From sequence record DRR723986_5034: 55,458 bases of DNA; one strand, 5' to 3'. Both the position numbers and the translations under genes were made by a program. How positions within the stretch are numbered: position 1 is the stretch's first letter; each line of letters begins with the position of its first letter. The notes under the pieces are model-generated. The model worked only from the letters and a program-made list of their open reading frames with translations. It did no database searches and had not been told where the DNA came from. This document shows positions 19,774 to 32,180 of the stretch, in pieces.

Positions 19774-21711
19774 TCATCGGTTCAGCCGGTTTTCTATCAG
19801 GTCATCAACCACCGCCGGTTCTGCCAGCGTTGAGGTGTCCCCCAGGTTACCAAATTCGTTTTCGGCAATTTTCCGCAAGATGCGCCGCATAATTTTACCC
19901 GACCGTGTTTTCGGCAAGCCGGGCGCAAACTGAATAAGGTCAGGCGAAGCAATAGGACCGATCTCGGTTCGCACCCATTGCACCAATTCAGCGCGCAGTG
20001 CCTCAGTGGGCTCCACTCCCGCTGGCGGTGTCACATAGGCATATATACCTTGGCCTTTAATGTCGTGCGGATACCCGACAACCGCCGCTTCCGAAACACC
20101 TGCGTGTGCCACCAGTGCTGATTCTACCTCCGCAGTCCCCATGCGGTGACCGGAAACATTAATCACATCATCAACCCGGCCGGTTATCCAGTAATAGCCG
20201 TCCTCGTCGCGGCGACAGCCGTCACCAGTAAAATACAAACCCTTATAGGTGGAAAAATAGGTTTGAATGAAGCGCTCATGGTCGCCGTATACTGTGCGCA
20301 TCTGGCCGGGCCAGCTATCCGTAATCACAAGGTTGCCAGAAACAGCGCCTTCAAGGAAATTGCCATCACCGTCCACCAATGCAGGCTGCACACCGAAAAA
20401 GGGCTTGGTCGCAGAGCCGGGCTTAAGGGCAGTTGCCCCCGGCAACGGTGCAATCATCACGCCGCCGGTCTCCGTTTGCCACCATGTATCAACAATAGGG
20501 CAGCGTTCCTCGCCGACAACCTTATGATACCAAAGCCATGCTTCCGGGTTTATCGGTTCACCGACAGAACCCAGCAGCCGAATAGAAGACCGATCATATT
20601 TTTTAACGGGCTCATCACCCAAACGCATCAACGCACGAATTGCCGTTGGTGCAGTGTAAAAAATATTAACCTTATGTTTTTCGCATACCTGCCAAAAACG
20701 ACCTGCGTCCGGGTAGGTGGGCACCCCTTCAAACACCACTGTGGTTGCGCCGTTCGCCAGCGGGCCATAGACAATATAACTATGGCCGGTCACCCAGCCC
20801 ACATCAGCAGTGCACCAGTATATTTCTCCGGGCTTATAGTCAAAAACATATTCGTGGGTCATGGACGCCCACACCATATAGCCGCCGGTGGTATGCAAAA
20901 CACCTTTGGGCTGGCCGGTAGAGCCAGACGTATACAAAATGAACAAAGGATCTTCCGCGTTCATCTCTTCCGGAGGACAATCGGTGGGTTGATCTGCGAC
21001 AAGGTCATGATACCAAACATCGCGCGCTGCGTGCCAATCTATTTGGCCGCCTGTGCGCTTCAAAACAATAACAGTGTCCACATCCGGGCAACGCTCAAGC
21101 GCTTTGTCAACATTGGCTTTCAACGGAATTGGCTTTGCACCCCGCACGCCTTCGTCCGCCGTAATCACGTGGGTGGAGCGGCAATCAAGAATACGCCCCG
21201 CCAGCGCATCCGGCGAGAAGCCGCCAAAAACAACACTATGCACTGCACCAATACGCGCGCAGGCCAGCATGGCATACACCGCCTCTGGTACCATGGGCAT
21301 ATAGATAGTGACACGATCACCTTTTTTTATGCCGCGCGCCCTCAAGCCTCCGGCAAGCTGGCATACATTTTCATACAGGCGCTGATAACTAATATTCTCT
21401 GATACAGTTGGGTCATCGCCTTCCCAAATTAAAGCGGTGTCGCCCGCTTTTTCAGGCAAATGCCGGTCAACACAGTTAACACACGCATTGAGCGTGCCAT
21501 CTTCAAACCATTTGATGCTTACATCACCGTCAAACAGTGTATTTTTAACCTTGGTAAAAGGCTGCATCCAATCAATTCTGCCACCATGTTCGCGCCAAAA
21601 TTCGTCTGGATCACTAACAGATTTAGCATAAAGCTCGTTATAGCGGGCTTCATCGCACAAAGTGTTGTCTGCAGCGCTTGTTGGCACCGGGAATATCAGG
21701 TCTTCAGTCAT
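19774..21711 (-). CDS. acs: Acetyl-CoA synthetase
   Basis: [43 protein letters not shown]. Confidence 0.98.
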   Translation of the reverse strand: MTEDLIFPVPTSAADNTLCDEARYNELYAKSVSDPDEFWREHGGRIDWMQPFTKVKNTLFDGDVSIKWFEDGTLNACVNCVDRHLPEKAGDTALIWEGDDPTVSENISYQRLYENVCQLAGGLRARGIKKGDRVTIYMPMVPEAVYAMLACARIGAVHSVVFGGFSPDALAGRILDCRSTHVITADEGVRGAKPIPLKANVDKALERCPDVDTVIVLKRTGGQIDWHAARDVWYHDLVADQPTDCPPEEMNAEDPLFILYTSGSTGQPKGVLHTTGGYMVWASMTHEYVFDYKPGEIYWCTADVGWVTGHSYIVYGPLANGATTVVFEGVPTYPDAGRFWQVCEKHKVNIFYTAPTAIRALMRLGDEPVKKYDRSSIRLLGSVGEPINPEAWLWYHKVVGEERCPIVDTWWQTETGGVMIAPLPGATALKPGSATKPFFGVQPALVDGDGNFLEGAVSGNLVITDSWPGQMRTVYGDHERFIQTYFSTYKGLYFTGDGCRRDEDGYYWITGRVDDVINVSGHRMGTAEVESALVAHAGVSEAAVVGYPHDIKGQGIYAYVTPPAGVEPTEALRAELVQWVRTEIGPIASPDLIQFAPGLPKTRSGKIMRRILRKIAENEFGNLGDTSTLAEPAVVDDLIENRLNR

Positions 21712-21861
21712 TAAATGGTCCAATCAATCAGGGCTGAGACACGGCTTTCCCAGCGATATAGTCTATAGTTTGGCTCAGCAAGCCGCCTATTGCCGCCAAG
21801 CATTGCAACAGAGTATCGGACAAGATATCAACAGTCGTCAATCATTCAAAAGGTCACGTTT

Positions 21862-22743
21862 ATGACACCACGACCGGCATCTTGGGGAATAGCGGCTATT
21901 TTGCTAGGCGGCATTGCCATTGGGTCAGCTGCTATCTTCATGCGCCTTGCCCCTGTCGCGCCGTCAGCAGCCGCCTTTTGGCGTATGGCCCTGAGCGCCC
22001 CAGTGTTCCTAATGTTTATTTTGGCGATACCCTCTGGCCGCGCACAATTGGCTGCCATTTCAAAAGAGCAAATGCGTCACATGACGGTGGTGGGGTTTTG
22101 GTTCGCACTGGACATGTTTTTTTGGCACTGGGCTGTGGCCCGCACAACGGTGGCAAATGCCACGCTTTTGGCCAATTTGGCCTCGGTTTTCACCGTTTTG
22201 GTTGGCTTTTTCTTCTATAAAGAAACATTCTCAAGGCGTTTTATCACCGGGCTTGTGCTTGCTTTGGCCGGGGCGGCAACGCTTGTTGGTCAAAATGCCG
22301 CCTATAGCCCCGAATATCTGATGGGTGATTTTTTAGGCCTCATCACAGCCCTTGCCTTAACCGGCTATATCGTCACAGCTGCCAAAGCCCGGGCCATACT
22401 GCAAACAAACATACTCATGGCAGGCGCCGCCGTGGTTAGCGCCGGGTTTTTGTTACCTGCTGCGCTTTTATCAGGCGGTGTGTTCATGCCGCATACTCTT
22501 GAAGGATGGTTGCCCTTGTTGGGCTTGGCACTGATTACCCATGTGCTTGGGCAGGGGTTAATTATATACGGCCTTGCGCATATCTCCGCCTCCTATGGCT
22601 CCATCGGTTTATTAATACAGCCTGTTGTTGCTGCCCTGTTTGCCTGGGCTATTTTCAATGAAGCATTGGGACCCTTTCATATTGCTGGTGCCATCATGAT
22701 TTTAGCGGGCATTACCGTGTCGCAGCGGCGAGGAGCTAGGTAA
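21862..22743 (+). CDS. DMT/EamA family transporter
   Basis: About 10 hydrophobic segments in two EamA-like repeats; QPVVAALFAWAIFNE. Confidence 0.9.
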   Translation: MTPRPASWGIAAILLGGIAIGSAAIFMRLAPVAPSAAAFWRMALSAPVFLMFILAIPSGRAQLAAISKEQMRHMTVVGFWFALDMFFWHWAVARTTVANATLLANLASVFTVLVGFFFYKETFSRRFITGLVLALAGAATLVGQNAAYSPEYLMGDFLGLITALALTGYIVTAAKARAILQTNILMAGAAVVSAGFLLPAALLSGGVFMPHTLEGWLPLLGLALITHVLGQGLIIYGLAHISASYGSIGLLIQPVVAALFAWAIFNEALGPFHIAGAIMILAGITVSQRRGAR

Positions 22744-22769
22744 CTTCTTATTCTTGTTAAAGCTTTATA

Positions 22770-23759
22770 CTACCAATCTGACATCATCGAAGGGCCGCCG
22801 GACTTTTTGTTGGCAACAACGCGCCATAATTTAATATCACCCGATTCCAGCAGTTTTTTGCGGCGGGTCCAAAATTCTGCTTCTCGCATCAAAATCTGGA
22901 TTTTTTGCGTGCCGTTATCATCTCGGGCCAACTTCGCCGCAACCTCGTCAGCACCCGCCCATGCCTGATTGATCATTTCCACATATTGCGGGGAAATATC
23001 TTCAGACACTCGAACCTGCATATGGTTGGCCTTTACTGTATCAATCAATTCTTCCGCTAAAACCGGATAGGGCTTTTGCCGTTCGCCCGAAACCCACTCT
23101 TTGTAACTGTCTTTTCCAACCGTTGCATCCGAGGCCAGCACATATTCCGTCATTAAAAACAGGCCGCCCGGCTTTAGTCTATTTTCAATATTGGCAATAA
23201 TATTATGTTTGTTTCGAATCGTGAACAATGCCTCTTTCGACAAGGCGCGGTCGAACTTGCGATCAAAACTTTCCAACTCTTCTGGGTTATAATGTTCAAG
23301 AATTGCTTTCTTCTCAAAACCGTTCATTTTGGAAAGTTTATTGCCCTTCTCAACCAACGTGTTTGACGCCTCGTAGCCGGTCATCCAAACACCAAAGCGG
23401 TCTGCGAGAACTCTGGCTGGCCCACCAAGGCCCGCCCCAATTTGCAGCATCGACATTTCCGGGCTTAAGGCCAACAGCTTTGACATAGATACAATAAACT
23501 CAGGCCCCCCCGGGCCGCAAAAGCCCTTGCCCCATATATATTGAGCAATATCGACCGTTTCTTCGTCCCACGGGTCTAGCGTATCAATTGTTACAGCTTT
23601 TTTGGGCGCAGCAGTCGGCTTTTCAATAACTAAGGGGGCGGGGGCACGTTCTTGCAAACGTTTTTGAATTTCGTCTAGGTCATAGCCTTCCCACCACGCT
23701 TTCATACGCAGGCTAAGCGGCAGCTTTCTGGTTGGTTTTTTGCTTGTCTTGGCAGCCAA
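22770..23759 (-). CDS. Class I SAM-dependent methyltransferase, substrate unknown
   Basis: Motif I variant MLQIGAGLGG, FDRALSKE, LKPGGLFLMTEY. Confidence 0.8.
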   Translation of the reverse strand: MAAKTSKKPTRKLPLSLRMKAWWEGYDLDEIQKRLQERAPAPLVIEKPTAAPKKAVTIDTLDPWDEETVDIAQYIWGKGFCGPGGPEFIVSMSKLLALSPEMSMLQIGAGLGGPARVLADRFGVWMTGYEASNTLVEKGNKLSKMNGFEKKAILEHYNPEELESFDRKFDRALSKEALFTIRNKHNIIANIENRLKPGGLFLMTEYVLASDATVGKDSYKEWVSGERQKPYPVLAEELIDTVKANHMQVRVSEDISPQYVEMINQAWAGADEVAAKLARDDNGTQKIQILMREAEFWTRRKKLLESGDIKLWRVVANKKSGGPSMMSDW

Positions 23760-23888
23760 TTTTGCACCCTAAACATAGTCATCGCACACGAATCAACCGC
23801 CCCAACTTCAGACTAAAAGTTGATATGAACGAATTGTTATCTGAACATGAAGCCAGAAATTGGTTGATAATTGATGAAGACGCTTATG

Positions 23889-26288
23889 TTAGCCGCGCAA
23901 TATTGCTCCAACCGCTTTTTCTGCTGCCGCAATAATCTTTGCTGACAGGTTTTCAATTTCCTGATCAGAGAAGGTCTCTGTCTTGGGCACAAATATAGCT
24001 GATATAGCAATTGAGCGCTGCCCCTCAGGCACACCCTGGCCCTCATACACATCAAAAACCGACACTTCTGCTATAGCCGACTTATCGGCGCCTTTTGCAG
24101 CACGAACCAAATCCGCAACCGGGCGGTCTGCGCTTAGTAGAAAAGCAAAGTCCCGCTCAACTGACTGAAGGTTTGATAGTGACAAAGCGCCTTTGTTTGC
24201 ATTCTTACGCTTGGGCGCGGGAATAGCATCCAGCATCACTTCAAAACCAACCATAGGGCCATCAACGTCCAGTGCCTTCATCACACCGGGGTGCAATTCG
24301 CCGAAGCTGGCGAGAATGTTTTTTGGGCCCAACCTGAGTGTGCCAGATCGGCCGGGGTGATACCAAGAAGGCGCTTCAGCAAAAACTTGCAGGTTAGCCG
24401 TCGGGGCGCCAGCCGCTTCAAGCGCTGCAATAGCATCACGCTTGGCATCAAATACATCAACTGTGTTTTGTTTTGCCGACCAATGCCGTGGGCCACTTGC
24501 GCCCGCGCGCAGGCCTGTCGCAATCAAATGCTGACCCTTGTCAGTATCATTTGCGTAAGTGGGGCCAACCTCAAATAGGGCAATACCGTCCAGGCCACGG
24601 TCTTTATTGCGCTGGGCAGCTTGCATCAAGTTCGGCAATACAGAAGGGCGCATACAATCCAGTTCGCTAGAAATTGGGTTATCAACCACTAACGTTTGGT
24701 CGCCGCCGCCAAACAATGCAGCAAAATCCCGTCGCATGAACGACCATGTCATCACTTCATGCAATCCAACACTCGCCAACTGCCGCTTAACCCGGCGGGA
24801 TTTCTTTTGGCCGGTATTCAAAGTTGTGCCCGCTTTGTGCTCAAGCGCAGGTAATTGCACGGAAGGAATATCGTCGTAGCCATGAATACGCAGCACTTCT
24901 TCAACAATATCAGCTTCACCTTCCACATCAACGCGCCAACTGGGTACGCCCACAGTGAACGGGTCATTGCCTGAAACACTGAAACCAAGCTTTTCCAGAA
25001 TAGCCACTGATTGTGCCGCCGGTATATCCAGCCCACCAAGCGTGCGAACACGCTCAGTCCTGAACAGAACGGTTTTATCCCACTCAGGCGTGGCACCCGC
25101 GCTGAACATTGTGCTGGCTTTGCCGCCGCACAGGTCCAAAATCATTTGGCTGGCAATCTCAAGGCCTTGTTCTGCAAACAAGGGGTCAACACCGCGCTCA
25201 AACCGATAACGCGCATCAGAAATAATGCCGTGTTTGCGGCCAGTCACTGCGGTTTTAACTCTGTCGAACAAAGCACACTCCAGCACAACGTCTGTGGTGT
25301 CCAGCCCGCATCCGCTAGCTTCACCGCCAATGATACCGCCAAAACCAAGCACACCGGCATCGTCCGCAATCACGGTTTCACCGCCTTCGCAGGTATAGTC
25401 ATTATCGTCCAACGCCGTGAAGCTCTCACCTGCATTCGCTGTGCGCACATGGATATCGCCGGTCAGTTTGGCAGCGTCATACACATGCAGTGGGCGTCCA
25501 AGGTCATGGGTGATGAAATTGGTGATGTCCACCAGCGCCGAAATTGGGCGCAAGCCGATAGAGATCAAACGGTCCTGCAACCATTGCGGGCTTGGCCCAT
25601 TTTTCACGCCAGTGAACTTGCGGCCCAAAAAGAGCGAGCATGCTGACGCATTATCATCGTTTAGTTTAAGCGATACGCCGACATCGCTATCAAAACTGCC
25701 CGCAACAGGGTTTGTTTCAGCCGTTTTCAACGTGCCAAGGCCCGCCGCCGCCAAATCGCGCGCTATGCCGCGCACACCCAGGCAGTCTTGCCGGTTTGGA
25801 GTAATTTCAATATCAACAACTGGGTCATCAAGCTTGGCATGGTCAACAAATGACTGACCAACAACTGCACTGTCATCAAGTTCGATAATACCGTCATGGT
25901 CATCGCCCAGTTCCAGCTCGCGGTATGAACACATCATACCGTTCGATTCGACGCCTCGAATGGTTGCCTTTTTCAGGGTTACATCAATGCCGGGCACATA
26001 GTCACCGGGTTGCCCAAGCACGACTTTAATGCCTGTTCGCGCGTTGGGCGCGCCACAAACAATTTGCATTTGATTGGTACCATCCGAAACCTGACACACC
26101 TTCAGCTTGTCAGCATCCGGGTGTTTTTCAGCGGACAGTACCTCTGCAACTGTAAAAGGCGTTAGCTTTTCAGCAGCGTTTACAACTGTATCCACCTCTA
26201 GGCCAATGGCATTGAGCGTGCGAACAATCTCATCAATCGTCTCATCAGTTTCCAAGTGATTTTTGAGCCAGCTTAAAGAGAATTTCAT
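23889..26288 (-). CDS. pheT: Phenylalanine-tRNA ligase beta subunit
   Basis: [42 protein letters not shown]. Confidence 0.98.
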   Translation of the reverse strand: MKFSLSWLKNHLETDETIDEIVRTLNAIGLEVDTVVNAAEKLTPFTVAEVLSAEKHPDADKLKVCQVSDGTNQMQIVCGAPNARTGIKVVLGQPGDYVPGIDVTLKKATIRGVESNGMMCSYRELELGDDHDGIIELDDSAVVGQSFVDHAKLDDPVVDIEITPNRQDCLGVRGIARDLAAAGLGTLKTAETNPVAGSFDSDVGVSLKLNDDNASACSLFLGRKFTGVKNGPSPQWLQDRLISIGLRPISALVDITNFITHDLGRPLHVYDAAKLTGDIHVRTANAGESFTALDDNDYTCEGGETVIADDAGVLGFGGIIGGEASGCGLDTTDVVLECALFDRVKTAVTGRKHGIISDARYRFERGVDPLFAEQGLEIASQMILDLCGGKASTMFSAGATPEWDKTVLFRTERVRTLGGLDIPAAQSVAILEKLGFSVSGNDPFTVGVPSWRVDVEGEADIVEEVLRIHGYDDIPSVQLPALEHKAGTTLNTGQKKSRRVKRQLASVGLHEVMTWSFMRRDFAALFGGGDQTLVVDNPISSELDCMRPSVLPNLMQAAQRNKDRGLDGIALFEVGPTYANDTDKGQHLIATGLRAGASGPRHWSAKQNTVDVFDAKRDAIAALEAAGAPTANLQVFAEAPSWYHPGRSGTLRLGPKNILASFGELHPGVMKALDVDGPMVGFEVMLDAIPAPKRKNANKGALSLSNLQSVERDFAFLLSADRPVADLVRAAKGADKSAIAEVSVFDVYEGQGVPEGQRSIAISAIFVPKTETFSDQEIENLSAKIIAAAEKAVGAILRG

Positions 26289-27364
26289 CGGCTTAGCCCT
26301 CCTGCCAGTGTGGGCAAATCAAGCGCCCTGAACCCGTAATGCCTGAGCCATCTCAGGTCACCATCGAAGAAAGCGCGCAAATCATTCATACCGTATTTCA
26401 GCATTGCCAAACGGTCGATGCCACAACCAAAAGCAAAGCCCTGATACACATCCGGGTCCAGGTTGCAGGCTTTAAGCACATTGGAGTGCACCATGCCCGA
26501 ACCTAAAATCTCCAGCCAGTCGTTGCCGTCACCAATTTTAACATTGCCGCCTGCGAAGCTGCACTGAACATCTACTTCCATCGATGGCTCTGTGAAAGGG
26601 AAGTAACTGGGACGCAATCGCAGCGTGACCGTGTCCACCTCAAAAAACGCCTTCAAAAATGCTTCCAGCGTCCCTTTTAAGTGGCCAAGGTGCGTGTCCT
26701 TATCAATCACCAAGCCTTCAAGTTGATGGAACATCGGTGTGTGAGTCGCATCACTATCTGAGCGGTAAGTCCTGCCCGGTGCGATGATGCGAATGGGCGG
26801 CTCTTTACTCAGCATGGTTCTAATTTGCACCGGGCTTGTATGGGTACGCAGCACTTTGCGCTCACCGTCAGCATTAGGCGACAAATAGAAGGTGTCATGG
26901 TCTTGCCGCGCCGGGTGTTCTTCCGGAATATTCAGCGCGGTGAAATTATGAAAATCACTCTCGAGGTCTGGCCCTTCGGCCACATCAAACCCCATGGTGG
27001 CGAATATTTCAGCAATTTCGTCCATCACCTGACTATTAGGGTGAATGCTGCCTGCGGCATGCTCGAGCACGGGCAAGGACACATCAACACGTTCCTGCGC
27101 CAAGCGGGCGTCAAGCTCTGCAGCCTCCAGCACGGCCTTACGGGCAGCAATATCGTCAGCAATGTCTTTCTTTAGGCCATTCAGCGCGGGACCCATGACC
27201 TGACGTTCCTCAGGGCTCATACCGCCCAGGCCTTTCATCAGACCAGACACGCTACCTTTTTTGCCCAAAGCACCGATTCGCACGTCCTCAAGCGCAGCGA
27301 TGGTACCTGCTGCTGCGACTTGCGCCGTGATGTCTGCTTTAAGTGATGCAATCTGTTCCTGCAT
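26285..27364 (-). CDS. pheS: Phenylalanine-tRNA ligase alpha subunit
   Basis: [42 protein letters not shown]. Confidence 0.98.
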   Translation of the reverse strand: MQEQIASLKADITAQVAAAGTIAALEDVRIGALGKKGSVSGLMKGLGGMSPEERQVMGPALNGLKKDIADDIAARKAVLEAAELDARLAQERVDVSLPVLEHAAGSIHPNSQVMDEIAEIFATMGFDVAEGPDLESDFHNFTALNIPEEHPARQDHDTFYLSPNADGERKVLRTHTSPVQIRTMLSKEPPIRIIAPGRTYRSDSDATHTPMFHQLEGLVIDKDTHLGHLKGTLEAFLKAFFEVDTVTLRLRPSYFPFTEPSMEVDVQCSFAGGNVKIGDGNDWLEILGSGMVHSNVLKACNLDPDVYQGFAFGCGIDRLAMLKYGMNDLRAFFDGDLRWLRHYGFRALDLPTLAGGLSR

Positions 27365-27401
27365 GATGTCTCAACCCTGAATGGATATAATAATTAACTA
27401 T

Positions 27402-27442
27402 AAACAAAATAAGGGAGCCTCACCAACCGGCCAGGCCCCCTT
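27402..27442 (-). terminator. Rho-independent terminator-like hairpin after rplT
   Basis: Minus strand AAGGGGGCCT...AGGCTCCCTT followed by ATTTTGTTT. Confidence 0.6.
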
Positions 27443-27474
27443 TAATTTCACTTGGTTGCTTGCGCAAACCAGCT

Positions 27475-27834
27475 TTAGTTAGCGAGGGCGGCCTTAGCCT
27501 GATCCACAAGCGCTTCAAAAGCTGTTGGTTCGTGCACAGCAAGGTCGCTGAGCACTTTCCGGTCCAGCTCGACGCCTGCGAGTTTTAGACCGTGCATAAA
27601 CTGTCCGTATGGCAAGCCAAGCGCGCGGGTACCAGCGTTAATACGCTGAATCCAAAGAGCGCGGAAATTCCGCTTACGAGCCTTGCGGTCCCGGTATGCG
27701 TACTGACCGGCTTTCTCAACAGCCTGACGAGCAACTTTAATGGTATTCTTACGACGACCCCGATAGCCTTTAGCTTCCTCGAGGACTTTCTTGTGACGAG
27801 CGTGCGATACTACACCGCGTTTTACACGTGCCAT
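27475..27834 (-). CDS. rplT: 50S ribosomal protein L20
   Basis: [35 protein letters not shown]. Confidence 0.99.
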   Translation of the reverse strand: MARVKRGVVSHARHKKVLEEAKGYRGRRKNTIKVARQAVEKAGQYAYRDRKARKRNFRALWIQRINAGTRALGLPYGQFMHGLKLAGVELDRKVLSDLAVHEPTAFEALVDQAKAALAN

Positions 27835-27870
27835 GGTATTTCTCCTAAACCTGAAAGGTGCAGCCCGGCC

Positions 27871-28068
27871 TTAGCCGTAGGGCATGAACTTTTTGATAAT
27901 TTTGGCGTCACAATCGGCCATGATTGTGGTGCCACGCTGGTTGCGGATTTGCTTGTTGGTGCGCTTGATCATACCGTGCTGTTTACCAGCCTGAGCAGAC
28001 ACAACCTTACCAGAGGCAGTGAGCTTGAAGCGTTTTTTAACGCTCGACTTTGTCTTCATCTTGGGCAT
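27871..28068 (-). CDS. rpmI: 50S ribosomal protein L35
   Basis: [22 protein letters not shown]. Confidence 0.99.
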   Translation of the reverse strand: MPKMKTKSSVKKRFKLTASGKVVSAQAGKQHGMIKRTNKQIRNQRGTTIMADCDAKIIKKFMPYG

Positions 28069-28154
28069 TTTTCTTCCTCACATTGCGTAAAGAGTGATCA
28101 GTTTGAACAACCTCGGCAGCCCTATTTTCGGCCGGATCGTTCGACGAATGGGGG

Positions 28155-28183
28155 TGTATAGGGGGGTTTTCCGCGCTTTGCAA
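28155..28183 (-). promoter_or_regulatory. Sigma70-type promoter of rpmI-rplT
   Basis: Minus strand TTGCAA-17 bp-TATACA followed by a C-rich stretch. Confidence 0.65.
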
Positions 28184-28205
28184 GCAGATTCAACGGGTTT
28201 TTTCC

Positions 28206-29768
28206 CTAATTTGGTGTCAAATCAATTTGCCGTCCAAGAGCAGGCGCTTCAACCAAGTCATGGCTGGCAAAATAATCCAGGAGAATCTCTGAAATCAGCC
28301 CTGCATTACCGGTTTTTTCAACTTCGGTAAATGTGGTGAACAAATCAGCACCATTGGCGATAATTGTCGGTGCACCAACGGTGAAAGTTTCATCCGGCTG
28401 TATTGGCTTGCCGTCTCTGGACATGGTTAAAACCCTTTGTCCTAAAGGATTTGAACGGTCATAGGTTACTTTGAAGCCTGATATCTCGAGCAAGCCCCTC
28501 TCAAATGTCAGGGACTGCTCAATCAGGTCTTTCAATTGGCGACCATTAAGTTCCATGGTCAATACATGATCAATAAAAGGATAGACATCCAGAATATCAA
28601 CACGTCGAATATCGCCAGCGGGCAGGTCTTTTCGCAGGCTACCGGGATGGATGAAGGCAATGTCCGTGCCCGCTTTTTCCCGGAAAATGTCCGCAAAAAG
28701 GTTTCCGAGCGATGATTCTTCCATATATTTTCGGTTCATGTAGCTACCCGATTTGCCAATCACCTCAAATAATGCCGGAAATCTGGCACGGGCAGCTTCA
28801 ATCTTGGCGCGCACTTTCGGGTCCGGCGCATATTTGTTGGCATCCACCGGAATAAGCTTACCGTCATAGGCATTTATCTGGCCGGTATCCCCATCAAGGG
28901 TCAGCTCCAGAAAACCGAGATGAGTGGCTTGGCCGTATGTTTGCATAATCAGGGTACCGGTTTCGGGGTGTACCACAGGCTTGGGTGTACCAGCATCAGC
29001 GTGGCCTGAAAACATGACATCAACGCCAGTTACGGCACCCGCAAGGCGGATGTCCGCGTCAATGTCCCGCTGGGTGCGCGGATCGGTTTCAGCATCCGTT
29101 TGCATGGGCGCGGTTTTGCCCTGATGGGTCAATAAAACCACAATGTCCACTTCGTCGCGGATGGCATCCACCGATTTTTGAACCGTCGATGCCTCGTCAA
29201 CAACGTCCAACGGCGCTATAAACGCCGGGATAATTGCAGACACGGCATCACGGCCCATGATGCCAACCACACCAATACGCACGCCGTCGCGCTCAATTAT
29301 TGTGTGGGCCTGCGCAAACGGGTGATCTGTTCCTTTGTAAAACATATTGGCAGACAGCACGGGGAAAGGTGCGCGATTTTTCTGCCAGCCAAACACTTCA
29401 ACGCCGTATTCAAACTCATGGTTGCCGATACCCAGCGCGTCATAACCCATAACTGCCATTAAATCGAAGGCAAGAGCGCCTTGCGTTTCCTTGGCAAGGG
29501 CACCGGTAAAAATATCACCCGCATCAAACAAAAAAGTGCGCGCATTCTTCGCTCTGATTTCATTGATCAAGGTTGTCATCTCGGCAATGCCACCAATGCG
29601 CTCCAGATCATCGAGCCAAAAAGCTGGGATAGGGTCATAAGCACTTTCCACATCGTTGGTGAACAAAAGCGTGACCTTTTTATCCTCCGCGATGGCAGCC
29701 GTTGCCCAAAAGCTGACAAACAGAAAACCCACGGCGGTGATCGCGCGTGCAATATTGGTATGTTTCAT
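28206..29768 (-). CDS. Periplasmic 5'-nucleotidase/UshA-like metallophosphoesterase
   Basis: Signal peptide; DAGD, GNHEF, LTH, SGH motifs; C-terminal 5_nucleotid_C-like ESSLGNLFAD...GSLR...VYPF. Confidence 0.88.
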   Translation of the reverse strand: MKHTNIARAITAVGFLFVSFWATAAIAEDKKVTLLFTNDVESAYDPIPAFWLDDLERIGGIAEMTTLINEIRAKNARTFLFDAGDIFTGALAKETQGALAFDLMAVMGYDALGIGNHEFEYGVEVFGWQKNRAPFPVLSANMFYKGTDHPFAQAHTIIERDGVRIGVVGIMGRDAVSAIIPAFIAPLDVVDEASTVQKSVDAIRDEVDIVVLLTHQGKTAPMQTDAETDPRTQRDIDADIRLAGAVTGVDVMFSGHADAGTPKPVVHPETGTLIMQTYGQATHLGFLELTLDGDTGQINAYDGKLIPVDANKYAPDPKVRAKIEAARARFPALFEVIGKSGSYMNRKYMEESSLGNLFADIFREKAGTDIAFIHPGSLRKDLPAGDIRRVDILDVYPFIDHVLTMELNGRQLKDLIEQSLTFERGLLEISGFKVTYDRSNPLGQRVLTMSRDGKPIQPDETFTVGAPTIIANGADLFTTFTEVEKTGNAGLISEILLDYFASHDLVEAPALGRQIDLTPN

Positions 29769-29853
29769 AGCCCATCTCCCTTACGGCGATGGTAAGGTGA
29801 TACTGGCTTTTCGCACAAGATGTTTTTGCGCGCATTCTCGGCCCATGCTCAAT

Positions 29854-29882
29854 AAAAAAAGCCACCCCAAACGGGATGGCTT
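29854..29882 (-). terminator. Rho-independent terminator after katG
   Basis: Minus strand GCCATCCC-GTTT-GGGGTGGC followed by T7. Confidence 0.8.
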
Positions 29883-29909
29883 CATGTCTTCAACCTTTAA
29901 GCTTAAAGG

Positions 29910-32123
29910 TTAATAACGACCCAAATTCATTACCTTGGTCCAAGCCGCAACAAAGTCTTCTGCAAAACCCTGCTGTGGTTCGTCATAAGCGTAATATTCA
30001 GCCACGGCCCGAAGCTCGCTATTGGAGCCAAAAATCAGGTCAACCGGTGTTGCCGTCCATTTTTGGTTGCCAGTGTTTCTGTCGTGGCCTTCATAAATAC
30101 CATCTGTAGTATCTGCCTTTTTCCAAACCGTGGACAAATCCACAAGATTGACGAAAAAGTCATTGCTTAATGTGCCAGGCCGGTCCGTAAACACACCGTG
30201 CTCGGCTTGGCCAACGTTAGCGTTAAGCGTGCGCAATCCGCCTACCAAAACAGTCATTTCCGGCACAGACAGGTTTAACAAGGCCGCTTTTTCAACCAGC
30301 ATTTCTGCTGGTGAGCGGTCATTGCCCGGCTCAAAATAATTGCGGAAACCATCAGCCGTTGGTTTGAGCATGTTAAATGACGATACATCTGTCATGGCTT
30401 GCGAGGCATCTGTGCGACCGGGCGTGAACGGCACGGTTATATCAACACCAGCTTCGCTTGCCCCCTTTTCAATGGCAGCCGCACCCGCAAGGACAATGAG
30501 ATCAGCGAGCGATATTTGCTTGCCATCAGTTTGAGCGCGGTTGAAGTCTGCCTGAATGGCTTCAAGGGTAGACAGCACAGTGCCTAGCGCAGCCGGGTCA
30601 TTGACAGCCCAGTTATTTTGCGGTGCAAGACGTAAGCGCGCACCGTTTGCCCCGCCGCGCATATCTGTACCGCGGAAGCTGGAGGCCGATGCCCAAGCCG
30701 TTTCAACCAAATCAGAAACGGAAAGCCCTGATGAAAGTACTTTCGCCTTAAGAGCGCTAACATCATTCGCGTTTACAAGGGGGTGATCAACGGCAGGGAC
30801 CGGGTCTTGCCAGATTAATTCTTCTGCCGGCACCATAGAGCCTAAATAACGAGACCGAGGCCCCATATCGCGGTGGGTTAGTTTGAACCAGGCTTTAGCA
30901 AATGCCAGTTCAAATTCTGCCGGGTCGTCCAGAAAGCGCTGAGACACTTCGCGGTAAGCGGGGTCCGCTTTCAACGCCAAATCAGTTGTTAGCATAATGG
31001 GCGCATGCCTTTTGTTCGGATCGTGCGCATCCGGCACCAAATCAGCCGCATAGTCTTCGCTTGGTACCCACTGAATTGCACCCGCCGGACTTTCCGACTT
31101 CACCCACGTGAAGGTAAATAAATTCTGGAAAAAGTTATGTGTCCATTCTGCAGGGCTCACCGTCCATGCGCCTTCCAGACCACTGGTGATGGTGTCAGCA
31201 CCGTTACCGCTGCCGTATTTGTTTTTCCAGCCGAGGCCTTGTTCTTCAAGACCAGCGGCCTCTGGCTCCGCGCCGACATTGCCTTCGGGCTTAGCGGCAC
31301 CGTGCGCCTTACCGAACGTGTGGCCGCCCGCAATGAGTGCGACTGTTTCTTCGTCGTTCATGGCCATGCGGGCAAAGGTTGCGCGAATATCGCGCGCTGC
31401 CGCCAATGGGTCACCGTTGCCGTTGGGTCCTTCGGGGTTCACATAAATTAGCCCCATACGCGTGGCACCAAGGGGGCGCTTAAGCTCGCGGTCACCGGTA
31501 TGGCGCTCACTGCCCAGCCATTCACCTTCTGGACCCCAGTTTACATCCTCAGGGACCCATGCATCTTCGCGGCCACCAGCAAAGCCATATGTTTTAAAGC
31601 CCATGGACTCCATAGCCACAGTGCCTGCAAGCACCATCAGGTCGGCCCAGGAAATGGCGCGACCGTATTTTTGTTTAATTGGCAAAAGTAAGCGGCGAGC
31701 TTTGTCCAAATTGGCGTTGTCAGGCCAGCTGTTTAGCGGTGCAAAACGCTGCATGCCGCCGTCCGCACCGCCGCGACCATCAAGGGTGCGGTATGTGCCA
31801 GCGCTATGCCACGACATACGAATGAAAAACGGGCCGTAGTGGCCGTAATCTGCTGGCCACCAATCTTGCGATGTAGTCATCAACTCAACAAGGTCTTGCT
31901 TCAGCGCATTCAGATCCAGCGCACTAAAAGCTTCTGCATAGTTGAAGTCACCCGATGGGTCAGCCCGCTCATGGTCACCGCGCAGCGGGGTAAGATCTAG
32001 ACGGTTTGGCCACCAATATTCATTGGTGGGGGCGGCGTCATTTGCGCTTGCAAGATTGGCCGGGGCCACAGCCGAAAATCCAGCAGTTAAAATAGCAATA
32101 GCAGACAATGTATGTTTAAGCAT
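29910..32123 (-). CDS. katG: Catalase-peroxidase with N-terminal signal peptide
   Basis: [44 protein letters not shown] before ATG 32123. Confidence 0.98.
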   Translation of the reverse strand: MLKHTLSAIAILTAGFSAVAPANLASANDAAPTNEYWWPNRLDLTPLRGDHERADPSGDFNYAEAFSALDLNALKQDLVELMTTSQDWWPADYGHYGPFFIRMSWHSAGTYRTLDGRGGADGGMQRFAPLNSWPDNANLDKARRLLLPIKQKYGRAISWADLMVLAGTVAMESMGFKTYGFAGGREDAWVPEDVNWGPEGEWLGSERHTGDRELKRPLGATRMGLIYVNPEGPNGNGDPLAAARDIRATFARMAMNDEETVALIAGGHTFGKAHGAAKPEGNVGAEPEAAGLEEQGLGWKNKYGSGNGADTITSGLEGAWTVSPAEWTHNFFQNLFTFTWVKSESPAGAIQWVPSEDYAADLVPDAHDPNKRHAPIMLTTDLALKADPAYREVSQRFLDDPAEFELAFAKAWFKLTHRDMGPRSRYLGSMVPAEELIWQDPVPAVDHPLVNANDVSALKAKVLSSGLSVSDLVETAWASASSFRGTDMRGGANGARLRLAPQNNWAVNDPAALGTVLSTLEAIQADFNRAQTDGKQISLADLIVLAGAAAIEKGASEAGVDITVPFTPGRTDASQAMTDVSSFNMLKPTADGFRNYFEPGNDRSPAEMLVEKAALLNLSVPEMTVLVGGLRTLNANVGQAEHGVFTDRPGTLSNDFFVNLVDLSTVWKKADTTDGIYEGHDRNTGNQKWTATPVDLIFGSNSELRAVAEYYAYDEPQQGFAEDFVAAWTKVMNLGRY

Positions 32124-32180
32124 GAGTGTCTCTCCTGAAATCATGAGAGATCACGCTAAGGCACCCAATTAAAGTTGCAA

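Noticed and set aside
20146-21402. 418-aa ORF on the + strand
   Set aside because: Antisense shadow of acs with no recognisable motifs
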